The notes beneath the pieces are model-generated. The model was given only the letters and a program-made list of their open reading frames with translations, made no database searches and was not told where the DNA came from. A stretch of DNA of 64,000 nucleotides from Ostrea edulis (taxonomy: Eukaryota). The DNA is taken from contig NC_079167.1 of NCBI RefSeq assembly GCF_947568905.1, positions 23,374,001-23,438,000 on the forward strand, in the 5' to 3' direction. Shown here piece after piece: positions 41,213 through 52,600 of the stretch. The position numbers and the translations under genes are program-made. Numbering within the stretch: position 1 is the first letter of the stretch; each line of letters starts with the position of its first letter.

Positions 41213-44200
41213 AGACCGGTGAAGGATTCAAATCTAGACCTATGCTCGGCGCTTATGGCCATTGTTTAGCGTGCCACACCTACTGTGACACGGGACATCC
41301 GTTTTTAAGGTAATATCCGATGACCCGTGACATTCACACCTGATGCCAAGCGTTTGGCGATGGAACTGTCACTACCTGTTTGTCGCGGCCGGGATTCGAA
41401 CCCCGACCTTCCACATTCGAGGCGAATGCTCTACCTCTAGACCACCGCGGCGGTCAGGATTAATGTACATAAATCAAATTTGCAGTTATTGAAAAAGAAA
41501 GGGCGAAAAATTTAACATGCATGCGTTATGTTTTAAAACTGAAGCTAGATTCCTCTCATTTATTTGACAATGAATAGGGCCTTGGTTTTCATCAATGAAT
41601 ATTCTAAAACACATTTTTGGTGTCGTTTTCTTGAAATTAAGCAACCAAAGACCATCTTTCGCACTGATATATCAAATGTTTTATTCCTAGAATTTCAAAA
41701 AGCTGTGGAAACTCTTCAGTCATTAGATCATGGCTTTAGATTTAATATGAAATGATATAAGTTCGCAGTCCCTACTTTGTTGATCTTTGATCTTCTTCAT
41801 CACGTCTTTTACAGCCTTTGGAAAGATGGTGTCTCGTTTGGTCTTAGATGTTGATTGGTAGAGTTCTAGATATCTTAGAATTAGATCAAGATCCCGAACC
41901 TTCAAGGCCTTCCTTAGCTTCGCTTTCATTTCTCTATTTGTAGCTGTGAAAAATATTCTCACATGTTATCATATGAAAATCAATGCATACTATTGTACAT
42001 AATAAATTTTCAACAATTTCTTATAGTCAAAATAAGGCTGTTATTTTCCTATTACCATCAGTGAATCGTTCCTGTAAAAACTCATCTAACAGATCTGAGC
42101 TTTTGATCGACCTTAGATCAGGGACTACAGTCCCAAAGTCTTTCTTTTCAGTGCCTTGATTTCTCTTTGTGTCCTTTTTCGATTTCATCTCCGTGACATC
42201 TTCTCTAACTGGAATTTCATCATCACTGTCTAAAAACACGTTTCCATCAAAATCATTTCCACCAAATAGCTTTGAGTTTGACATGGACTCGTCCCTGCTT
42301 GGATTGGATGAGGGGACTCGAATGACGGTGTACCGCCCCAATATTTGAACATGCGGACCAGACTCCTTGGTCAAGACGTCCACTTGATACCTCCCGTATC
42401 CTTGAATTCGAACTTCGATCCCATCTTTGGTTTTCACCACAGCAGCCTTGTCACCAGGCTTGTCATTGGCATCAGTTTTACTGAGTGATGTAAATACTGT
42501 TTTAATTGGATGATCTATATTGATTTTGACAATGTTTTTGGTCGTTTGAAATGTTCGCACATCTAATTCGTCTTTCTTCTTTTTCTGCTCCTTGCCATTT
42601 TTCTTGTCTTCTACGATGGTTACGCCTTTCTTTTTCGTTCGAGTGTCATCTGGCTTTGCACCACCTTTTTTCAAAACACCCTTACGAGGACTCATCTTTT
42701 CATTGCCTTTCATGTCCATATTTTTCTCTGACGGAGAATGTCTTGAATTTCCACTTCTATTTGTTTGTTTGGAGTTTAGCCTGGTTTCATTATTTTCAGT
42801 GGTTGTTTTCGTGCCTTTTCGGGTCCTATCACTATTAACGGTTACAGCAGTTTTCATACTGCCCCTAGATTCTTGTCGGCTAAGTCCGGTAGATACCGGA
42901 GGCTTGCTCATACTGGTACCATTGCCTGACGGTGTTTGATCTGTTTGGGAGATCACATTGTGACCAATATGAAATCCCATTTCCTTTGTTATATCTCCTG
43001 TGTCAGATGATGTTTTTGTTGAATTGTCTTTACAACCTGCTCGTGACTTAACAAGCTGAGATTCATTTTCCAGCACAGTGTTTGATCTCTCCATATTTGA
43101 GATGCCATCCTTTACTTTAGCCCTCCCTTTACCCTTTTTCTCAAGCTTCTCCAGCTCCTCTTTGCTGAGTGATCCTGTTGACTGAATCAAGAAACTAGAA
43201 ACTTCTTCAACTTTTTTATGCTTTTCTTTCTCGTTCCATCCAAATATATTCAGTGAATAAAGTCCAGCAACTGGTAGTTTCAGATTAAACGTCCATTGTT
43301 TGTTCTCCCTTTTGTCTTTGATACTCATGACTTTCTTTGCAGTTGGATTGGATGTGGACAATTCGCTAAACAAGGCAGCATCCTCATCGGCTGTGAATTG
43401 TAAATCGAGCTTTCCATCCCATGCCATTAAAACGCCATTTGATTCATCCATCATCTCGACGTCGAGCTGAAATGCCCCTAATTTAGGACCAATTTGACTA
43501 CCCAGTACGAAAGGATATGGATCATTCCTGGCATTTCCAGTAAATTCAATCAGGTAAGTCATAACCGTAGAATCTGGAATTTTTCCGCGCAAAACATCGA
43601 TGTCTGCAAATATTTTCAGAGTGTAGTCTCCCTGTTCAGGAAGTCTTATGTAAACAAAGTATTCCTGTCTGACGCTGTCCAGCCGACCGAGAGCGTGTCT
43701 GCTCAATGTAGCAGCATCAATTTTTGTTGATCCCAAACAATGGCTGATCTCCCTCACTTTTGACGCCGGAAATCGAATTTCTACAATCCCCGTTTCAGTT
43801 TGAATGACGTTTGACTTGGGACTTATTGGAACAATACCGAGTTCTTCTGCAAGCGGATGAGGACCCCATCCATGCTCAGGAACTTCTGGGAAACCCTTGA
43901 AGTCTTTTACAGGCACGCCACAGTGGATTAAGTAGGAAAATATTAGATTGAATTCTTGGTTATTGTATTTTTCCGTTCCATATACATCCAACCTAAATCG
44001 ACCAATGAAAGGAAAACTTACACCGAATTGTAACTTTGTGTTTGATTTGCTCATCATGACATATTTCTCTATGTCACTTGTGTCAGTATTTTCATCAACG
44101 TCTAATTCCGTCAGAGAAAACTTAAATTCTAAATCTGCACCTCTGTCTTTTGGCAAGTCAAAACAAATTTTACACGGTCTTCCGTCCGGCCGCAGAACAC

Positions 44201-45764
44201 AGTTATTTGTGTCCGGAAACTCTTTACTCACACTGAGACCCATCTCATGGTAGTATTCTCTGAGGTACGGCTGCTCCTGGAATCTTTCTACGGTTATAGG
44301 GTTGTCTAAAAGTTGCCACTGATCATCATCTGGAAAATGTGTCCAGATGAATTTGTCTGGATCACACAAAAAGAAGAATTCATTCACTGGACGTGGTTCT
44401 CCATCGGTGTCTCCGAGTTCAGTAGATAGAGTTATCTGCCCTTCTTCGTCCACTGATATCTGGTCGCGGTACTGACCATACGATATAGATGTGTGAGCCC
44501 AGAAGGGATCGATTAGGCGCCACTCGCCGTTCAGAAACACAGCGTTCCACTTAGAGGCAAGAGTTTCTTTTCGAATCTCATCTCCAACTTCATAAAAACC
44601 GTGTTTCGATACTCCATTAATAACAACACATGGGATGTTGGCGGATCTAAAACATGAAATCAAATGTAAAAAAAAATGTTGCATGGAATCTAAACTTCGA
44701 TTAATAAAAATACTGAAACATCGGTATTTAGTAGACATTCAACACTGGATTTCTTTGGCATGTTTCGGTATACTCACACACACAAAACATAGAGGAGGTT
44801 GGCATGGTCACCAAAGTCAGACTGTATCTTTATCAGATATTCCAGAGGGCTGTTTTCAGGGGGAAGAATTTGAGATGTGATGCTCTCCTCATCAAAAGAT
44901 GTCGTCCATCTAAATATAGCGCGGATTCTGTACAGGTCGTCAATAACTTTAAAACTTTTGGATACCACCAGGTGGTCTGATATATCCCAGAAATTCTCTA
45001 GTAACAGTTCTGGTGGCGCCTATAATGAACAAAAAATATAAATTATATAACAATCCGAACTCCTCGAATGTCTCGCTCACTTGACAAAGAGTCCGCGAGA
45101 GATTCGAGGAGTTCCGATTGGATTATATAACCCATTAGTTCATTTTGTAACAACATCAAGTTATTGGACGTTTAAGTTTGACATTTCATTTTTACCTCTA
45201 GAGCTGCTCGATCAATGGAGGAAAAATCAACTCGTTTGAGAAGCTCTTCTTTAGAAATATTTGGCGGAACCACCGGAAAATTTACCCCCTCCCCAAATGT
45301 TCCAGCAGCCTGATCCAAGACATCTTCTACCTACAATACACAGACGATCAATTGTTTATCGAACGAATTGTCGCGAAGTAAAGTATAATTGTGTTGGGGT
45401 TTTGGGGGGTTTTTTTTTTGTTTTTTTTTTTAGAAATATCTCTGTGTTTGCATGTTTATGTAATTAGATGTAAAAAGAAAACCTTACAAATTTGAAAAGT
45501 AATTCAAACTCATTGCAGTTAGATGTGATTTATATAAACACATAAAATGCAACCCCACCCCCCCAAAAAAATATTTCCTCTTCTACTCGCTTATTTATCT
45601 TATATTTTTGCTTATATTCCAATATGCACATTCGTAGTACCTAGCTTTTATCATACTGTGATTACAATGGCTAAGCGACATTCTGAGAAATGGATGCTTC
45701 AAGATAAAATAAAAATTGTAGTACTTACTGCGAATACCCGAGGTCCCTGGGCCTGATTCCCCAT
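39784..45764 (-). CDS. Paralogue B: same family, about 1260 aa; exons 45764-45729, 45330-45196, 45019-44778, 44646-42056, 41943-41776, 40885-40620, 40529-40344, 39942-39784
   Basis: Seen: phase-consistent chain of 3783 nt. Motifs SKEELLKRVDFSSIDRAALE, IRAIFRW, GDHANLLYVLC, KWNAVFLNGEWRLIDPFWA, FFFLCDP..FIWTHFPDDDQWQLL, EIKQYANPPEGVHECIMATLVLLG, VSRGAAAFYMW. First exon (MGNQAQGPRVFA|gtaagt) is moderately supported. Confidence 0.83.
40135..40340 (+). mobile_element. Family 1 copy ending next to the donor of paralogue B exon 7
   Basis: Seen: gggtgtcaccggtcaacaggg...cacctgatcccatctctg...gagattggtcactgttcattatc. Confidence 0.7.
41150..41453 (-). mobile_element. Near full-length tRNA-derived SINE (family 2)
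   Basis: Seen on minus strand: ccgccgcggtggtctagaggtagagc (A box) ... ggttcgaatcc (B box), core gtgacagttccatcgccaaacgc...aaacggatgtcccgtgtcacagtaggtgtggcacgc, shared 3' end ggtgacgtctccatatgagtgaaaattctcgaga. Confidence 0.85.
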
Positions 45765-46600
45765 GGTAACACCCTCATACAGCTGCAACTATATTCACCA
45801 AATAATTGTTAATCCTGGGGGCTATGCCAATCAACAACTGCCTCGCACAATTGCCCAGGTTTACGTGGCTAGAGACCTACCAGATACAACGATAACTAAC
45901 ACACTCACATACGGCAGTGTCCAAAAGTCAATAAATTGTTTCACCCTGATCTTAAAGCAGCTTTGTAGATGTGTTGTTCTTGGAGATTACATTTTTCGCA
46001 GAAGGTATCAATTTAAGTAGCCAATTAACATAGAATCACCGGCTCATAGTTGAAACTAGCAGATAAAAATTTAAATTCATCACAATACGAATTCATTTGA
46101 TATTTTCATTTCTTCTTCATGTTATTCTTTTCGCATTTGGATGTTTGCATAAATATTTCACCCAATTTCTAAAACGTTAAAATACGACGAATAGGGAGTA
46201 TCGGTATTTAAATATGATCAACCAGGACAACCAATGTTAAAGACAGACACAACAGACTCGATCATATTGGGTGGGATGGGATGGGAAAGTAAAATACACA
46301 TAGATATTCTTACATTTATTTATAAAATATTGTTGAAAATGGAAAAAAAAACAATGGCCTATAGCAGTAATTCATAACGACAATACTGTCATTTTTTATG
46401 GAATTTGAAATTACTTCCATGACAGTAATTTGACGTAATTGCAAATCTAGCAATTTGCAAGTCATTTACAAAATCCAATGGTCCAGTGAATATGATGTCA
46501 ATATACGTAGAAACGACACTTGTACAACAAGTATGATTGTAGCGAATGATAATTCTTTCGACACTACTATAAACTGTTATCTTCTGGTTCTAATTATCCT

Positions 46601-49600
46601 TCAAATTTTCAACACAGTGCTTCCGTCTCTTCTACCACTGTAAGGCACCATGCTGGCAGACCTAGGACCAATATTCCGCGCAGACGTTTTCCCGCTCTTT
46701 CTGAGAGAGTTCCGGTATGATTCCGCCTCCTGCACCATGTTGTTTGTCTAAATCAAAATCGTTGAAATTTGTTATGGAGTTTGAATGTAACAGATTTCAG
46801 CAATTAGCAAATAGGGTTATATACATAAGAATAATTTGCTTTTTACAAACCCAAGTATAAAACGCAGCCGCTCCTTTGCTGACGTCACGGATTTGCAAAT
46901 ATTCAAATCGACTCAGGATTTTCTTCGTAGCTGCAACAATAGTTGGATTGGTATCTTTTGGGTCGAAGGCGGAAATTCGTCTAAGGATGTTATTTTTACC
47001 AGTTTTGAACAGCAAAGAATGACATTTTTTCCAGTCCTGAAATAGTCGTGTTATGGTTATTGCATATCTAGGGTAATAGCAGATCGTAGAAATTATGGTA
47101 ATTACGCGGTTGTCACCTTGACTACTCGAGCCTCCTCCCCCAGTAACAAAAAGGTGGCACCCAGGGTCTGGTGCACGCCGTTTGGTGGTTTGGTGTACTT
47201 TTTCATTTCCGTCACAGCGTTCTGGTTCATCTCTATCACAGTCGTGTGAATCCTCTTCATTCTCAGGTACCTTTCCAGCAGTCTGCCAGCTAGGAGGATC
47301 TGAACCGTCAGCGCCATGTTGTAGTTGTATTTGTGGGCGCGATTGATTGCCTCTCGGAGAACATCAGGATCCTTAGACAAAGTGGCGTTGATCAAATCTG
47401 AAACATATTCTGATTTAATGATAACCTAAAATATTTTTACATGTTTAGTTATGATTATAAATACACACATTCTGCATGTGTGATAGGATTGACGTCAAAC
47501 TAATTGATTGATTGATTGTATATTGTTTAACGTTCCGCTCGAGAATATTCCCCTCATTCGGAGACGTCACCGTTGCCGATGAAGGGCTGCAAAATTTGGG
47601 CATATGCTCGGCGCTTACGGCCTTTGAGCAGGGGGGTATTGTGCCACGCCTGCTGTGACACGGAGCCTTGGTTTTTGCGGTCTCATCTGAAGGACCATCC
47701 CATTTAGTCGTCTTTTACGACAAGGAAGGCGTACTGACTACTGAGGACCTATTCTAACCCGGATCCTCACGGCATTAAAACTAATGCGTTCGTGCCTTTA
47801 TACTATGGGTCCATAATATATCTTTTGTGGAATTTTACTTCAAACACTTCCATTCGAAATATCTTACTTTGAATTAACATTTAAGCATGTATTTGAACTT
47901 TTCAAGTGTCATGTATTCATGGAAGATGAAAAAAAAGTGAAGATAACGAATAATTATTTGATCAATCTCATAAATTCCACAAAGAATACAAAATTAAGAT
48001 TAATGCAAACAATGACTCCTGGACACACCAGAGGTTGGAACAGGTGCCTAGGAGGAGTTGGGATTTCCTGTTGACCGGTCAACCCATATTCAAAATCAGC
48101 ATGCAATGAACGACCTAACAGTTAATATGAACCAAGTCAGACAGCATTCGACATAATGACAATTTGATCATTAAAACGACCACAGATATGCGGAATGCTT
48201 TAAGATGTAATTTTAAGTGCTTCACACAAACTTTAAAGCTCCTTGATTAATATTGAAATGATAAACTAGTATGTATTTATATGGTATTGGTGTGTAATGA
48301 TAAAAGTTTTTTTTTCCAGTTATCAGCCTATATCATTCAAAGTCCGAAGTTGATAGCCGATTGTGGTGTCTCGAATTGATATGCAAAATGGTGTATACTA
48401 TTCTTTATGTAATACAAAGTAGTTTTAACTGCTCCTATATAATCTCCGGAATTTTCGTTTGTTAACAGATATATTTCAATTGATCTTACTGTCTTTTGCT
48501 TTAATTTGGTTAATTATCCGCCTGGCTTCTCGTCTGAGTTCGTCATCTTTAGGAGGTTTGGTAGCTTTATATTCCGAGAAGCTCTGTGTTAATTCTTTCA
48601 GGTTCCTGTCCCTGATCGCTCTGTGTAACTTCCGGACAATTGTTCGTCGGCGTGCTACAGAAAGCATTGGATAAAACATTAAAACGTTATATCATAAACA
48701 GGCTTGTCAGGAATATATAAAATTGACAACGTACCAATATTTACTTCCATCATTTTGGTATGATGAACATTCTGATTGAGTTACATAGTTTAGAATCCTT
48801 TTTATTTATTAAATTGATATCTTGAAGTTATTACAATATANNNNNNNNNNNNNNNNNNNNNNNNNNNNNNNNNNNNNNNNNNNNNNNNNNNNNNNNNNNN
48901 NNNNNNNNNNNNNNNNNNNNNNNNNNNNNNNNNNNNNNNNNNNNNNNNNNNNNNNNNNNNNNNNNNNNNTTTTTCTATTCAGATCTATTTAATTCAAAAG
49001 TTGTCAAATAAAAAATGTAAAGATAGCGAACAATGATTAATTCGTATACGCAAGAAGTCCTATAAAAAATTTCAAATACAAAGTTGAGGGCAGAGAAAAC
49101 CTGGACCCCTGGACATACCAGAAACGGGATCGAGAGTCAGAATGTCACAGTATGAATGCACGGCGCATCATAAAATATGCTGGCGTAAGCGTCGCAGTTC
49201 ATACCCTCATGTATTTTCAAAAATGATAAAATTATTTCTTAGATATGTAATGTTTTTTTAGATTGCCATTTTCATAAAAAGATCTTCCGTGTGTAATATT
49301 TTACTGGCAATCCAATTTAACAAATAAAGTTTTACCTTTGTATTGAAACAATTAATAATCCATAGTGGTTTTTGAAGAATTTTATTTTACACTTGATGAA
49401 CTAGATATATCGGTTATCATCTACATTTCTTAATGTAACAAAATATTTCTTGTAAACAAAGGTAAATGAAATATTATTGTAAAGTTTTCTTTCAGATTTC
49501 AGTACAATATCTTCTAGGTAATAATTTAGAATCGTGTTCAAATACAGGATGCTTTCTATTTTCTCTATTATAGAATCACGTCTGATATCAAATTAAACAA

Positions 49601-52600
49601 TTTCCATCGCCAAACGCTCAGCATCAGGTGTGAATGTCACGGGTCCTGAAAGATGACCTTAAAAACGGATTTCCCGTGTCGCAGTAGGTGTGGCACGCTA
49701 AAGAACCCTCACTGCTCAATGACAGTAAGCTCCGAGCAAAGGTCTAAATTTGAAGCCCTTCACCAGTCTTGGTGACGTCTCCATATGAGGGGAAAATTCA
49801 CGAGAGAGACGTTAAGCAAGATACAATCAATCGTCTGGGATAAATCAGCATAAATAAGTTGCGGTATACGTGTAACTAAGGCATTCACAACACAAGATTT
49901 TCCAAATATCGTTTACATTATTTTCTTCCATGATTCAAAAATCTATATTGGTTAAATCAAAAGTTGTATAGTTTTTAAACTATCTTTATCTCCCCATTTT
50001 AATAAAACATTGATTACAGTTGAGCGTTGTGAAAAAGTCAGCTCTTTTATTTAACACATGGAGTAATACCTCATGAAATACAGGTAGATTCCAAAACCAT
50101 TTCTATAACTCTCGTGGTAGCCCATCTTACCCATGCGATTTATTGTGATGTCCGCACAGAAAATGTATCAGTGATCTTAAACCGGATGCTAAGGGGGGAA
50201 AGTCAGCTTGCGCATGCACAGTTTTTCGTTTGCACCTGCTGCTATGAGAAAACTTAGCTTAATGATGCGACCTATATCTACAGACTGGAACCTAACAGGA
50301 TAGCATGTAACCCATTCATGGGGGAAAGTCAGCTTTCGCATGCATCGGGATCGGCAAAGCTTCATAAGAAACAGTTGTTAAGAGAATCTAAAATATATCG
50401 TTTTATATGGTTTTTCAAAAACAGTTTCTAGTGTTCTCAATAAGTAATATTTTGTTCATATCTTAGAATAGGCATCATCGGTGAAGTTGCACTGAGCAAT
50501 TAAAATTTTAAAAAAAAAAAACGACATTCAAGCTCGTGGGCATCAATATTTTGTTGCCAGATTTACATGTACAATGTATATCTTTGGATTATGGTATTTT
50601 GTTGTCGGGTCTATATCTATTTATTGGATTTAAGTACGAAACCTGCACGTTATTATTTAGGCCCGATTGTGTCTCCCGTTGAATTTGAACTTCGAAGTCC
50701 AAATCAAAGACAATGATGATTCTTTGATAAGAAAAAGCACGGCTCTGCCATTTTTATTTCGTGAGTTCGATTGTTTTTCGTTTTGGAGAAAGCGTTCAAC
50801 TACAGTGCTTTGGGCGCTAGAAAGTTAGAAATCCAACATTTTACAAAGATATTATGTACTCTAGAAGAAAATTTAAAAGTTGTGCATTGCGAATTTTCTT
50901 AGCGTGTCATCAAATACATTTAACCTACCAACACGATATTTCCTTTTGGTTTCTTCGTCCATATTATTTTCATCAATGTCTGGTAATCCAATCGCTTGTG
51001 ATTCATTGGCAACGCGCTCATCATCACCCTCAAAATCATCCTCGCCCTCATCTTCTATCTTGTCCTCAGATATGACATGTGCGGCCACCATCCCAAATGC
51101 GGAAATACTGACGCTGTCATTTCTAGTGGCAGTGCGTGCATTGTTATTGTCCTGAATGGTTAATATGCTTTCGTTATCAGTGTCTGTAATACTCTTACCG
51201 TCCGAGTAATTGCTAAAAACGTCGTCACTGATTTTGTCCTGGTTATCTAGAGATTTTGTCGGAGAGGTTTCCTTTCCTGCTTTTTCCGTCTGTATGATCG
51301 CAATGCCCGTCACAGCTCCAGCTGCATCGACATCTTTTAGATTTTCATCTGATGGACTTGCTGTGGAAGGTTTGGTTTCGTTTGTCTCTGGTTTTTCGTC
51401 CTTCGAGGAATTTGCCTTGTTACATTTATCACTGTTGTTTGTGTGCTTTGAATCATTTCCAGTGTCGTTATTGTCTTTTATTTTGGAATCATTAACAACA
51501 CCCAGAACGACAACACTTTGCAGTTCTTCCGGTGTCGATTCTCTACTTGCTGTTTCGGTATCAATTTGTTCTTTTTCACCATTTGTCCTCATTTCTTGAT
51601 CGTTAGTCTTTGTAGCAATATCCTTCTCATTGCCTTTATTTTCCACGTTTTTACTTTCTTTGTCATCATCTTCGTTTTCATAGTTGTCATCATCCTCCGT
51701 TACCGTATATAAAGTGGTTCTATAACTTCCCTCCTCATCTTCACGTGTCTCTTCATAATCACTAACATGATTTTCTTCCACTTGTTCTTCTTCCGCTTCC
51801 TGGGGTTTAAGAGTCTCTATCAGCGCCTCTATATCGTCTGTATAAGAGTCAATAGATGGACGACGACAGATGGTGAACCTAGCCACCGTCTCCAGTGTGT
51901 TCGATGTATCTTGAGCCCAAACATCCATCACGTATTCTCCATCTTCCCTTAGTGTTATATCGAACGTATCTTTGTTGATCATAACGGACGGCCTGGTTCC
52001 ATTTTCTCCGTCTCTGCCATCTCTTCTACTTATTCTTGTAAACACTTTCTCACTTACATCTGTATTTGGTATTGGTATCGTGATGGTTTCTTCTGAGGTG
52101 CGGATAGTAGCCGTAATTATTTCATCAATGTCTTCGGTATCGTCTGCAAACTTGACGCGCTTAGCATCAGTAACGATTGAAGTGATCATGTAACTCTGAA
52201 CCTCGTACACGTTTCCACTGTCCTCTTCCATAGACGCTAAAACGTTCATTGAGTATTCCCCGGGAACCGGGAGGGTTAGATCAAACACCCAGTGGCTATC
52301 AACGTGTGTGGTCTCAATTTTACTTCTCGTTTGCGAGTCTCTATCACTACAGGAAAGATCACACATTAACAGAACTCCGTCAGTATGGGTTTCAAATTCT
52401 ACCCTCGCCCTTCCACCCCAAGCTTTAATAATCCCGTTCTGGTAGCTCAGAACGTCAATACCAAATTTTTCTGCGTAAGGCTTTGTTCCCAGATTTCCAC
52501 CTGCAACATTTGGGAAAGGTTCGTTAATCTTTTGTCCACCTTCATAGACGAGCAGTAAATTAATTATGTCCTTTGGAATATAGTTTTTTATTTTATTCCC

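Noticed and set aside
41385-41453. tRNA gene (also 22670-22720)
   Set aside because: A and B boxes run straight into a SINE body with no complete acceptor stem.
45657-45696. Extra small exon in paralogue B
   Set aside because: Flanking exons already join in phase 0; this 40-nt segment would shift the frame.
14777-47397. Fragments of a true dynein heavy chain gene
   Set aside because: No AAA+ or Walker motifs and no long stalk; the exons splice in phase to the transglutaminase-like/Ig exons.
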